A program made the position numbers and the translations under genes. A stretch of 64,000 nucleotides of DNA from Octopus sinensis (taxonomy: Eukaryota). Numbering within the stretch: position 1 is the first letter of the stretch; every line of letters starts with the position of its first letter. Below are positions 11,346 to 23,997 of this stretch, piece after piece. The notes below the pieces were generated by a model. It had not been told where the DNA came from. It ran no database searches and saw only the letters and a program-made list of their open reading frames with translations. The stretch lies in NCBI RefSeq assembly GCF_006345805.1, contig NC_043004.1:35774001-35838000 (forward strand), in the 5' to 3' direction.

Positions 11346-14059
11346 GATACCAACCCCACAACACGCCACGCACACACACTGTTTAACTTAGTACACACAC
11401 CACACACCGTCATAAACACTCACACATCCACAAGAAGCACATAATACCTGAACACAGACAATTTATACTCATATATATCACATATGTTGGGGGACTTAAC
11501 CCCCAACACATGGGAAGTCTCTCAGTCAGGGAAAAATGTTTTGTTTTATCTTGTCTGAGCAACTGACCACATGATGGATAAACTCTAGGATTCATAAATA
11601 ACTTAAATTTTATGAGTAATCATAAAATATTACAGTCTGCCATCACTTTTACAAATCATCTTCTAAAACTTGAGTATCTTATTAAAGAAAGATCTGCATA
11701 ATGTTAGAAGATATATTTCAGAAGGTTAAAAAAAATGAGAGAGAGAGAAGTAAATCTGTGAATGAAAGTAGGTGGAAAATAAATAGTATATCAGATTACA
11801 TTTGAGCGAGATGGATGACAAATGTGATGTAAAAGAAAGTAAAGTAAAAAAAGAAAGCGCTAAGAAATTTCCAAGACATATATTTTACATGTGTCAAAAT
11901 TTAACAAACTTAACTGGTTTTATATCTCAGAAAGTATAACGTAATGATTAAGATAAAATTTTTAAAAAAATATTTTGAAATGTTATAAACTGTAGATAAA
12001 ATAGTTTCTCTTGAAATCATAGTACTTAAAAGGAAAAAAAGACAAAGTTTTCAGAGACAAATCTTGAACAGGTTTTAATGCAAGATGAAAAGGAAAATGT
12101 AGAGAAGTGAGGTGATTCACAGTGAAACAAGCTAAAAACAGAGAGAAATAGAGAAATGGTATCACATCACATGAAAAATTGTCTAGAAATATAAAGCAAG
12201 CAAGCATAATGAAGGAAAAAATGAAAGGAAACACAAATCTAAAGGTAACAACAATAACAATAATTATGTGGAATGAAAATGATTTTGTTTTAATTATTTT
12301 TCTCTTTGTGTCCACCATTTTGGAGTGTTTGAGAATCCCATAATATAGGGTTGAGTCCACTCACAGACAGCTTTCTTATATAAAAATTCATGACAACTGT
12401 GTTCCACATGCAATAGCCAACTTCATGCTTTTTTTTTCCCCCCAGAGACTCAACACATTACTTTGTTTATAGAGTTATACATTTAAATTTATTTAATATT
12501 TCATATTTCTTCTATGTCTATTTCTATTGACGCCCTGTTTCAATATTTCTGTTCTTTATCAGAAAAGAGCAACAGATACAGCTGCTAAGAGCATGGTTCA
12601 CAGATGATGTTTAAATTTAGGTTGTAAGAAAATTATTCTAGCATATGCCTTCTTTTCTATACATTTTCATATAGTAAAGCCACTTTAGAGTCGATGTTCC
12701 TCATAGCAGTGTGCTGAATGCACACACACACACACACAGTGTTTTTGTGTAAATTCAGGACAACTTGTTTCAGTGTACCATATGTCAGACACCAACATAC
12801 ATTCAAATGTTTTCTCATTACAATGACTGACATAATTTTTATTTCTCATATAAAGTTTGCTGGATGGTTTACTCATTTATCACACAAGGAAAAGACACAA
12901 GTGTAGAAATGAAAAATTATTTTCAATGACTCAAAACTTTACATATTTGCATTTAATATTTTCTGTTTCCTCCAAATCTATATCTGTAAACAGACAGTTT
13001 TTGCATTTTCTGGGCTTCATCAGATTAGGGCAATAGACAGTCAATTAATTGTTATTTTCATGTAAGTTTAGTGAATTTATTGGCTTCATACTAAACCAGG
13101 ATAAAAAGTAACAAAGAAAATTATGTAAAAAAACAAAAAGGTAGAATCATTCTACATATATTTGAAGAGAAATATAGGAATAATTTAAGATCTATTCAAT
13201 TCATATTTTTTTTATCTGCCAAAAAGTTTAAATTCAGATAGCACGAAGTACATTCCATTTTTAGCTTTCTTAGTTTAAAGGCATTTTGGAGTGTTTATCA
13301 TCCCATGAAGTTGAGCTGGGTACACACAAGAAATAGTCTTATGTTTCTGGCAATATATTTCTCTGTCCCAGACATCCTGTCCAATGTTGTGCGTTTCAGT
13401 ATTTTCTCATTAGGGCTACTGGTACAATTTTAATTTATTTTTATTCCTCTTTCAAGCAGATTTAATTATTTTTCATTCAAAAAAGTAAAACGAGAAATGA
13501 AAAATACAGTCATCTCATGTTAAAGGATTTCACATTAACAGAATTTATAAGCAATGACCTCGAAGATCAAGATGCGGTTTGTAATTTCACCTTTACGTAA
13601 ACTTGGTTAAAATTTAGTAATTTAAAATCTACACTTCTTTGCCAAAAGGCTGCTTCTCGGCATTTTAACCAAGATCAAAGTAAACAACAATTTCAAAAAC
13701 TATAATCACAATATACATATGTGTGTGTGTATGTATGTATATTTTTGTGTGTGTGTCTGAATGCTTAATATATGGAGTGTTAGTAGACTAAATATACAGC
13801 TTCATTTAGAATCAGAGTTATAGCTGCTTCTGACAGATGTGACACAAAATATCAGTATTTCGATGTCCCAGAATGCCGTGTTCCAATAAATTAAATGTGT
13901 TGAACATGCTGTCATCATGAAAGCGAGAAGACGCACACCACAGTGACCAGCATATTTAGAATCTGAACTTGCCTAGACTTGTTAACAACAAATATCCAAA
14001 TGACCATTCTAGATTTTGCGGTTGTATAGGACAAATAACTTTTTAGTTTATACGACAAT

Positions 14060-15000
14060 TTTTTTGAAAAAAGGTGAAACTTCTAATGAAAAAATCTTCT
14101 TCTGGCTAATGAAGTTAATTCAAAAGGTTTAGGAAGGGCTTGAATTTGTAAAACAAAAAAGTTACAGGTGAAGCTAACAGTGCTGATACAGGAGCTGCTA
14201 CTTGTTATTCTGTGTGGCTGCAAAAAAAAAAAAAATGATTGCTGGTGAGTTGAGCTACACACCAGAACAAATATACAATGTTGATAAAACAGCACTTTCT
14301 GGAAGTACATGTCTGGTAGAGCTTTTATTTCAAGATTTATTTCAAAGATCTAAAGCTTCCACCAATTGCCTAATGCTTCTGAGGAAGGAAGAATTTAATG
14401 TACCTCTGATTTGGTGTTCAAATAAGACGGTATGCACATTTTAAAGAATGCACTATGTCCCTCAGTGAACTTAATTGATCTTAATTGATTAAGAGAGTAG
14501 AATATATCCTCACGAATACAACTTCTTTTCTCCAACCAATGGATCAAGATGCTGTAGTTAACTTCATGATATATTACCTGAGAAAAGCTTTCCAAAAACT
14601 TTTAAATCAACTGACGGGGAAAATAAACACATGATTAGAGACTCCTGGAAGAAGTTCAATAAAATGGATGCTGTGGATAACATAGCCAAGTTATGGAATA
14701 AGGTGAAATCTTCAGCCTTGAATGATGCTCAGAAAAATATACTGTATCAGTGATTTTGCTAGTTTTCTATAAGCACAAAGTCTACATTAAATGCAGAAAG
14801 AAACAATGAAACTTGCAAATGAGGATGATGTGATTGAGTCCCTAATGTTCCATATCGAAAATATCTCTAACAAAGAACTGATGACGTTAGAAGAAGAGCA
14901 AGCAGAAAACACAGATAAGAATATGAGAAATCTACCACTCCACTGAAATTGACTGCCAAGAATTTTAGAAGAAGGTCTGCAAATTTTTGGTGACAACAAC
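14060..15000 (+). mobile_element. Tigger/pogo-like transposase relic
   Basis: YTPEQIYNVDKTAL (cf. IFNVDETGL), NTTSFLQPMDQDAVVNF at ~14515 and WKKFNKMDAVDNIAKLWNKV at ~14645. A possible TIR starts at TA|CAGTCATCTC (~13508). Confidence 0.8.
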
Positions 15001-15011
15001 CCTAATTGTAA

Positions 15012-15143
15012 ATCATCATCATCATCATCATTTAACGTCCGTTTTCCATGCTAGCATGGGTTGGACGGTTCGACCAGGGTCTGGTAAGCCATGGAGGCTG
15101 CACCAGGCTCTAGTCTGATTTGGCAGTGTTTCTACAGCTGGAT
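15012..15143 (-). mobile_element. RTE 3' tail fragment
   Basis: (CAT)n followed by 'ttaacgtccgttttccatgctagcatggg'. Confidence 0.85.
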
Positions 15144-15844
15144 GAGCTCAGATCCTACACTGAGCTGCAGAAAGAGATGATACATCTGGAACATCAAATG
15201 CTCTTGGTTAAGCTCTTCTGCTTCCATATAAATGTTGGTGTTGAACTCTAAGTTAGAAGATAAATGTCCCTCATCCTTCCAGTAACTTATTCTGTGACCA
15301 CCATCCTTCACACTAGCCTATTACAATATCACAATTCTAACATATTTCTCTTCAAGTGTGTTTATATATATTTGTACTGTGTATGCTTAGAAATTATTCT
15401 CACACACAAAAGTGGTTATGCTGCTTGTTTTCTTTTCACAAAAAATCTGTCAGAATGCATTATCACTTTATAACTTGAAAATCAATAGGAAAATTAATTT
15501 CATGTTACTGAATTTTACTTTACAAAAAGTTTTTCAGAAATGCATTACTCCTGTAATGCCAAGGAATTCCGGTATTTCTAATTTTCAAGTGATTGAATAT
15601 GATATGTTGTTTGTATATTTAAATCTAATCTGTTTAATATTTCCGATTTCTTCTACATTTATATCTATAAGCCACCTGTTTTTATATATTTGTACTTCAT
15701 CAGTATAGTAGTAACTTGTCATAAATAGTGTTATTTTCAAGTACTATATTCAAGCTTCTATCTTCATGAAGAGAATAGCAGAGTAAAAAAAAAAAAAAAA
15801 AATTATCAATGTTTCAATTCTGCAAAAATATTTGTAATTGAATA

Positions 15845-16435
15845 CATCATCATCATCAGCATCATTTAACATCTGTTTTCCGTGCTAGCACAGGTTGGAC
15901 GGTTCGACCGGGGTCTGGGAAGCCAGCAGGCTGCACCAGGCTCCACTCTGATCTGGCAGTGTTTCTACAGCTGGATGCCCTTCCTAACACCAACCACTCT
16001 GTGAGTGTAGTGAGTGCTTTTTACGTGCCACCAGCACAGGCGCCAGGCGAGGCTGGTAATGGCCATGATCAGTTGGTGCTTCTTACGTGCCACCGACACG
16101 GAAGCCAGTCAAGGTGGCGCTGGCATCGGCCACATTCGGATGGCGCTTTTTACGTACCACCGGCACAGGGATCACAACTACAATTTCTATTGATTTTTGA
16201 TGTTGATGTATTTGACTCAATAGGTCTCCTCAAGCACTGGGTCAAGACAGTGTTTCTTTACTTGCCACCTGCACAGGAGTCAGTCCAGTGGCACTGGCAT
16301 CGTGTAGGTACCAGTCATAGGATTTGGTTCAATTTCGGTTTCGATTTCATTTGCCCCAACAGGTCTTCGCAAGAAGAGTTTAGTGTCCAATGAAGGGATG
16401 TTGGCATGGGTGTCAGTCGTCGGATGTGGTTCGAT
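15845..16435 (-). mobile_element. RTE 3' UTR fragment with about 4 tandem hairpin units
   Basis: Family tail plus repeated 'ggtgcttttacgtgccaccggcac'-type units. Confidence 0.85.
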
Positions 16436-17349
16436 AAAGCCTGCTTATCTTTTGTTCTAACATGACAGTGAAATTACTCAGTGAGGCCTTCTGTATGAAA
16501 ACCATACAGTCATATGTGGGTGAACATAATTCTGTGAGCAATAAATTGTTTATTCACACCTATAATAAGTAGGAATATATTTAGATTTAGTAATTAATTC
16601 TAATCAAGAAAAGCAAAGAAAACTAGTCTAAAAACTAAATTAACGAGAAATTGACTGGCGTTATGGAGTGGGAGGTGAATGTGATCTTCGATAAGTATAG
16701 TAGTTTCTCAGGACATTTTTATTCTTATTAAACCTCTTTAGCAAAAAAATATTCTCATCAGTAGTTGCAGTTACAGGTAAGTCAATGAGGGAGCCTCCAC
16801 ATGGCTGCTTGGACTGCTAGAAATAACAACCAAATTTTCTTTAAATCATCTGCTACTATTTCTAAAGAGGAAAAGACACATTACACAATCCTATCATTGA
16901 TACAATTAAAAACTGAGCAAAAGGAATTAAGACAAATCAATGGCTTGAATTTTGATTATACTGAATGTCATACACCCAAAGAAACTACTCTCAATTTATT
17001 AACAATTGTTCTCTTAACTGGGGAAAGAAACTGAAAATCTGATCGTGATTGTGATTCTCAAAGAAAAAGAGAAATAATTTAAGAATTAGTAATCATTCTG
17101 AGTATTCATCTGTTTTACATCCATTTTTCCATGCTAGCATGGATTAGAGGAATATATATTACTGGAGCAGTATTTTTCAGACAGATGTCTTTCCTGTTGC
17201 TAACTCTTACATGTTTTTCAGTTAAGGGATCTCTTGTTCTACATGTCTTTGAAGCTGTATAATGCAGGTGACGTGACAACAACTCCTTTCACACTTCAGG
17301 ATTTTGTTGAACACAAACGTAAACAAACAAACACAAACAATATACAGTG

Positions 17350-17510
17350 AACTTGCTTCAGTTTCTGTCTACCAAATCCATTTAGAAAGCTTTGGTCACC
17401 CATGGCTATAGTATAAGACACTTGCCCATGGGCAGTGCAGTAGGACTGAACCAGAAACCATGTGGTTGTGAAGTGAGCTTCTTATCCAAGCAGCCATTCC
17501 TGTGCCTCTC
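17350..17510 (-). mobile_element. SINE family 2 5' fragment
   Basis: 'agacacttgccca...ggactgaaccagaaaccatgtggttg' is the reverse complement of the head of the 58628 copy. Confidence 0.7.
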
Positions 17511-17669
17511 AGGGTTAAATAACATACTTAAAGGAAAGAAAAATCTGATCTTTATTTACTGGCAAAGGAGACAATTTGGGGACATTTCAATCTCTGCAAC
17601 CTCATCAGCAAAAGGGATTCGTGAATGATAGGTGTAATGTAGAAAAATACTTCATGGCACTTTTCCACT

Positions 17670-18010
17670 GAAGGGATGCCCTTCGCAACACCAACCAAAT
17701 TACAGAGTGTACTGGGTGCTTTTTACATAGCACTGGCAAGGATACTTTTTACATGCCACCAGCACAGGTGCATTTTACATGGGAGTAGCATCTGCAAGCT
17801 GAAAGCAGGGACCTCTTGGATGAGGGAAGGAGTGTGGAGCATGGCCATGAAGGACATGCCTGTACATAAGGATGGCCATGATTTTGCTCAGCTTGACACA
17901 TCTTCTCAAGCACAAAAAATCACCAGAAGTCTTGGTCTCTTGTTATCTCTTCAGTAAGGCCAAACATCTGAAGATCCTTTTTCACCACTTTGTCCCACTT
18001 CTTCCTGGCA
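17670..18010 (-). mobile_element. RTE 3' UTR / ORF-end fragment
   Basis: 'gatgcccttc...actgggtgctttttacat' matches the RTE tail family. Confidence 0.65.
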
Positions 18011-19154
18011 AGGAAAATAATCTTAATCAAGCTTGCACCCATCGGAAGAAGGATGTGATGAGGCCTATGAATGGAAGCATGCCAAACAGAAGAGCCTTCA
18101 ACCAGACTGCAGGGAGAAGGGATCGCAGTTATGGCTTTTCAGCTGTAAGGAATTCCCTGCCCAGTTGGTATAGAGAATGCTTACAGCCATTGGAATAAGA
18201 GGAAAAGAGCGAACGATGACAGTGCGCAGAATGGGAGATGTAACAGAAAGAAGCTCTTGCTGGTTATGGAGGAAGAAAGAGGAATGAAATAGGAAGACAG
18301 GAGATAAGGAGCAGGAATTTGGCCACATTTACTGACCCACCACAAGGGTGTTATGGTTCAGGGTTGAACACCTGATGATCATTAGAGACTGTCTGATGAC
18401 ATCAGTTCCTCCTGACTAAAGCTCTACTCACTTTGGTGAAGAGAAAAGAAGCACATTCTTCCAGGTGTTATCAATAACATACACACACACACACATATAC
18501 ACACACACATATATACAGATATATGAGAAATGGAAAGCTTGAATACAGCCAAATCAATTTATTTACATAGCTATCGATTATGTAAAACCTATGATAGTTT
18601 CAATAACCACCTTCATTTGTTTTATAATTAACAAAATGCATTATGAATTCAGAAAACAGAAATCTCTCCAGGGTCAAAATTGAATTTTTCATCTTAATTG
18701 ATTGAGAGTTCATTACAGACTGAGATAGCAGTATGCATTTTTTAGTGTGGGTGAGTGTGCGTTAGCATTTTCGTTTTTATGCTTAATTGTTCTGTGTCTT
18801 CTTTTTCTATGCACGGGGGTGTGTGTCAAGTTGTTTGTCTTTGGAATTCTGTTCTAAAAATAGTCACAATTTCAAGTTTGAGGACAACAGTACAGTGGTC
18901 AGCTGCTGTCTTGAAGAATTTTTGGTCAAATACTACCATACCCTCATGTTATTTATATTGTTTTTATTTTTATTTTTGGGATCCTAAAAAAAAACTATGC
19001 AATATTTATTTATATACTATTTATTTTTCAGTTATTTTATTGCTATTAATCTAATTAAATTTTATTGAATCTTCATTTAATGATATCATTTATCAATTTT
19101 TTGGCTAGGTTTATTAGTTTTATTGGTGTTTAGGGTTAATGCATGTCTTCTTTT

Positions 19155-20165
19155 TGGGACAAAACCTTCTTAGTTAAAGTGCAAAAGCAGACAAAACCCC
19201 TTCGCTTATATTTTTTGCTTATTTTTCGTTGTTTTCTTTTTTTTTATTTGTTTCAGCCACTGTAACCATGCTGGGGCACTATCTTGAAGAATTTTTAGTT
19301 GCAGAAAAATCAACACTTTAAAATTTACATTTAAAGACATTTGTTTTCTGCTCTCTGCACTTGGAGATTAATGAGAATGTGCTGATCTTTTGAACTTTCT
19401 TCAAGGTCTAACAGAATTATGGTGCCAGAATTATTGTTTCTATCTTTCCACACATTTCTTGAAGTAAAGGCTTACCCTTTTGTTAGAATTCAGTCAATAT
19501 GTACATTGAGTAGTAAAGAATCTTGTGTTCTGTTATTCTATTTTACTTATTTATTTTTGATTGAATTTTTGTTTACTTAAAAGTTGGAATTTTGGAAAAT
19601 AAGAGGTATTTTACAACCATGATTTCCATTTTTGTTTACATGAAATTATACAAAAAGATTCAAGAGATTTGGCTGTTATTTCTAGCATGTGGAGATACCT
19701 TTTAGGCTTAACTTTATGCATTGGTTGAAAATCACCTAAAAAAATTCCGGGGTCGATGCATTCGACTAAAAATTCTTCAAGACAGTGCCCCAACATGGCC
19801 GCAGTGTAATGGTTTAAGAAGTACAATGAAAGAAAAACGAAATATATCACTGACGTGGATTTGACCAGGCTTAAAAAAAATTCTGGGTTCGAGACAGTTG
19901 TATAAAAATTCTTCAGGGTGGTGCTCCAGCATGGCCACAGACTAATAACTGCAACAAGTAAAAAGGAAAAACAAATTCTGGGGTTGATACGTTCAACTAA
20001 AAATTCTTCGAGGCAATACCCCAGCATGGCCACAATCTAATGACTGAAACAAATAAAGGTGCCGAGGGTAGACAAAAAAATAACCAAAAAATATAACTGG
20101 GAAGGTTTTGTCTGCCTTCATGCTTTAACTATGGTGGTTTGGTCCAAAGGGGTTTTGTCCTACAC
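19155..20165. mobile_element. MITE-like element with imperfect inverted ends that include SINE family 2 tails
   Basis: 19155-19300 is an imperfect inverted copy of 19995-20150 (gacaaaacc...gcagacaaaacc vs ggttttgtctgc). Three tandem SINE tails lie at 19745-20056. Confidence 0.5.
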
Positions 20166-20397
20166 TCCTTCTTATTAATTGTATTTATTTCAATAGGGGT
20201 ATGATTTTCCATGTATCACATGTATAGTGCTAAATTTCAACTAGTGGTTTATTTCAATTGGTGAATGTGCATTTTACTGTAAGATTTATTTCTATGTATA
20301 TCTAATTCTATTCAATTTCATCATAGATTGTTTACCTATATATAATTTATTCAACATTATGCTAGCATGGAAAGTGGACATTAAACGATGATGATGA

Positions 20398-20431
<34 letters not shown>

Positions 20432-20435
<4 letters not shown>

Positions 20436-20820
20436 GAAATATTAAAATTACTAAGTCTCTCTAAAAGAGATTATGGCAGCGTTACTGGAAATTAATTGTT
20501 ATCGCCAAATTAATATGGCAGTCTTATAGATATAAGACTAAAGCTATCGCTGATTAGCTCCATGAGGCCATCGCCTTAAGCTAGCTATTTGACACACAAA
20601 TTGTGTCCATTATAACCTTCGAACAAGGGAGGTCAGCCGCTTCACACTGCCACTGGCAGTGTGAAGCGGCTGACCTCCCTTGTTCGAAGGTTATAATGGA
20701 CACAATTTGTGTGTCAAATAGCTAGCTTAAGGCGATGGCCTCATGGAGCTAATCAGCGATAGCTTTAGTCTTATATCTATTCTATAAGACTGCCATATTA
20801 ATATGGCGATAACAATTAAT
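20432..20820 (-). mobile_element. Fold-back hairpin element family A (putative PLE inverted pseudo-LTR) in (TA)n
   Basis: Near-perfect ~162-bp arms spanning 20491-20820 around a 1-nt centre (20653), one 5-nt indel, and an unpaired ~60-nt tail at 20432-20490. Confidence 0.75.
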
Positions 20821-20830
20821 ATATATATAT

Positions 20831-21179
20831 AGATTCAGATGAATATGGTACTTAAGTTAAAGGCACCAGAATTTTGTATGGTATTATCCATATAAATCAA
20901 ATGGGGTGATTATAATCAAAATAAACAACAAAGATATCCAAGGTAGTGTAGTACAATTGTTTCATGCTACTTCATTTTATTAAACACTGTAAGTATTACA
21001 TCAGTTTTAAAATGTCAAGCAATCTTCAGCCACATGTAGAAGATATGGCTGAAGATGTGGCTGAAGATTGCTTGATATTTTAAAACTGATGTAATACTTA
21101 CAGTGTTTAATAAAATGAAGTAGCATGAAAAAATTATACTACACTACCTTGGATATCTTTGTTGCTTATTTTGATTATA
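20831..21179 (-). mobile_element. Fold-back PLE pseudo-LTR (family B) with hammerhead motif
   Basis: Arms 20911-21035 and 21055-21179; ~80-nt unpaired tail at 20831-20910; (TA)n on both sides. Confidence 0.75.
20946..21035 (-). ncRNA. Minimal type-I hammerhead ribozyme (PLE-type)
   Basis: Minus strand reads TGTGG-CTGAAGA-TTGCT...AGCAT-GAAAC-AATT-GTA-CTACA: stem I tgtgg/ctaca, palindromic stem III and a GUA cleavage triplet. Confidence 0.65.
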
Positions 21180-21190
21180 TATATATATAT

Positions 21191-21380
21191 ATTTGTGAAT
21201 AAAGGCTACCTTTAGTTTCATGTTAAGAAAAATAGGAAAATATCCTAGTGTCTTAATTTTTCAAGCAGATCACAAAACTCAAGGATATTTCCCTACTTCC
21301 TTAATATGAAACCAATGGTAGCCTTAATTCACAAATAAAGAAATGTTATCAACTAATGCAGTGCTGAGCACTCATTTTCA
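21191..21380 (+). mobile_element. Diverged fold-back element (family C) with the 3' half of a hammerhead
   Basis: Imperfect arms 21191-21246 and 21282-21336; GAAACCAATGGTA at 21308-21320; tail with hairpin agtgc-tga-gcact. Confidence 0.55.
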
Positions 21381-21799
21381 TCATTCGAATGCTAACAGGA
21401 GGGTAAAACTCAAAACACGAGTACACAAATGTGTATGATGATAATATAAGAAAGAGAGTGAGGTAAGAGATGAAGGATAGGAGCGAGAAACTGAGCTGTT
21501 TATTGGCTGAACCAGCTTTCCAGTCCATTTGTAAATTCCATCTTGCATGAAATATTTCGTATGATATATAATCATTAATTATAAAAGAAGATTTTGCCAA
21601 TGAAGTCTCTAAAACAGTTTCTTATAACAATAATAACATAACCCTTAAATTCTGTCACTACAGCTCACCACTTCCCTCTTTTAAATCAGAGAAAACTTGC
21701 TTTATAAAGTGGTTTGATCTCAGCTGAGTAAGATAGCAAGATCTATTGTTAAGGCAAACACTGGCCTTTGTTATGAAACTGCATGCCAATTCCATTCTC

Positions 21800-22480
21800 T
21801 TCACCTCTCCTTCCCTCTCTCCTGTATCTATAATCTATTAATTGCTTTTATTACCTTTCTGTCTAACACTGCATCAATTTATCTTTCTCTCCATCCATCA
21901 ATCTAAACATCTATTAAACTATCTCTGTGTATCATATCTTTCCAGCCACCAATCTAAACATCTCACCCTCTCCTTTATATGATTATATATATATATATAT
22001 ATATATGAGCTTTCTCCCCATCCATTTAAACATCTGCCTTAATCTCTATGTTTATCTTTATTTTTCCCCCATCCATCTATTTAAACATCTACATTACTCT
22101 ATTTCTATGTATTCATACTTTCTCTCCATCCATCTAAAAATCTACACTACTCTATCCTACATATGCATCTTATCTTTCTCTCCATCAAGCTAAGCATCTA
22201 CATTATCCTGCCTCTGTATTTATCTTTTCTTACTCTCCACCCATATATCTGAACATCTATGTTACCCTGTCTATCTATATGTATCTTTCTCTCTAAACAT
22301 CTACGTAGATCTCTCACCATATATATATATCTTTAATCATCTTTACTGTTGTCTCGACACATCTCTCTAAACATTTGTGTTGCTCTGACTCTCTATACAT
22401 AGAACTTCTCTCTTTCTATCCATTTATAACTATTGTCTCCACCCATCTCTCTGGAAATCTGTTACTCTATCTTGATATCA
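21800..22480. repeat. Degenerate pyrimidine-rich minisatellite (TCTCTCCATCCATCTAAACATCT motif)
   Basis: Motif recurs roughly every 55-65 bp. Confidence 0.65.
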
Positions 22481-23019
22481 TAATCTCTCATGACCTTCAA
22501 CATCAATATGTTAAACTGACAGTATTTCAGTAAGTTAATAACTTATTAGTTACAAGAGAAATATCTATAGCATTCTATCACAACACAGTATTTCCATGTT
22601 GTGGTTAAAGCAGTGGAGTTAATGTCAAGCTCGTCCCACAACCCATTAGCAGAGGTCAAGGAAGACTTCATTTTCATGTAGTGTATATTTGGGCCAATCA
22701 ACTTCAAAGAGACTGTCCCTCTCAGAACTTAACTCACTGTAAGATGTATAACAGTCATTGATGGCCAATATGGTTTGACTACAATACAACAGTTTTGGTT
22801 TTATCACATTACTTTCTAATTGAAGCACATCCAAATGTAACTCAAAGGAATTTATGAATATTTTCTATTCCCTGAACACACAACTTATAAAACAATGTTA
22901 AGTTCACTTTGTTATATTCCTCAATGCAATACATTTTGTTCATAAAAAAAGTTTTGTTGCCAGCAATGCAGTATTTTACTACCTGCAACTGTAGTTTAAA
23001 ACCAAGTGATTTAGTACAT

Positions 23020-23555
23020 ATAACAAGAGCACCATCCGAGCATGATCATAGCCAGATGGCACGTAAAAGGGCGCCATTCGAGCGTGATCATTACCAACAT
23101 CGTCTTACTGGTACCTGTGCCGGTGGCATGTGTAAAAAGATTCAAGCGAGGCCATTGCCAGTACTGCCTGACTGGCCCCCATGCCGGTGGCATGTAAAAA
23201 GCACCCACTACACTCTCGGAGTGGTTGGTGTTAGGAAGGGCATCCAGCTGTAGAAATTCTGCCAGATCAAGATTGGAACCTGGCGCAGCCATCTGGTTCG
23301 CCAGCCCTCAGTCAAAATTGTCCAACCCATGCTAGCATGGAAAGTGGACGTTAAATGATGATGAACAACAACTTTCTCATGCCAGCCATTCTGTAAAGTG
23401 GTAGGTATTAGGAAAGAACATCCAACGATAGAAACCCTGCCAGAGTAAACACTGGAGCACCACAGAACCCTCCAAACAGCTGGGTCCTCTTGAACTGTCC
23501 ATTCCTTGCCTGCATGGAAGATAAACATTAGAAGATGATGATGATGATAATGACA
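23020..23555 (+). mobile_element. Two tandem RTE 3' tail fragments
   Basis: Young tail at 23020-23363 and older tail at 23385-23555, each ending in (GAT)n. Confidence 0.8.
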
Positions 23556-23764
23556 AGGACGGCAACGTTTTGCAGATGATTTGGTGCAGTCCTGCTGTTT
23601 CTATTTCAGATTTTCAATTCAATTTGCAGTTCTGTGTACCATGGGTTTTGACAAGGCATGGAGCAGAAGAGCATTAAAACCGGCAACAGACTACTGACCC
23701 ATTGGTTGATAGCCAAACACAACCTCATCTCAGTGATTTGTTATATGCAAATATAACATAAATT

Positions 23765-23997
23765 AAGGTGGCGAGCTAGCAGAAACGTTAGCGTGCAAGG
23801 CGAAATGCTTAGCGGCATTTCATATGTCGCTACGTTCTGAGTTCAAATTTCGCTGAAGTCGACTTTGCCTTTCATCCTTTCAGGGTCGATAAAATTAAGT
23901 ACCAGTTATGCACTGGGTCGATGTAATCGACTTAATCCCTTTGTCTATCCTTGTTTGTCCCTCAATGTTTAGCCCCTTGTGGGCAATAAAGAAATAC
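23765..23997 (+). mobile_element. SINE family 1, full length
   Basis: Head ggtggcgagctagcagaa, B-box-like GAGTTCAAATTTC, central GCCTTTCATCCTTTCAGGGTCGATAAA, end aataaagaaata. Confidence 0.9.

Noticed and set aside
15959-16393. Repeat units with variable linkers resembling a CRISPR array, plus a 144-aa ORF
   Set aside because: Part of the RTE 3' UTR; the linkers are homologous to each other, there are no cas genes, and the context is eukaryotic.
20690-20760. Pistol-like (hairpin-AAAT-AGCT..CTTAAG) or HDV-like (GGAGCTAA) ribozyme reading of family A
   Set aside because: The required pseudoknot pairings could not be formed by eye in all copies.
22646-22875. Possible minus-strand exon (62-aa ORF)
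   Set aside because: All frames from the nearest acceptor contain stops; no recognisable homology.
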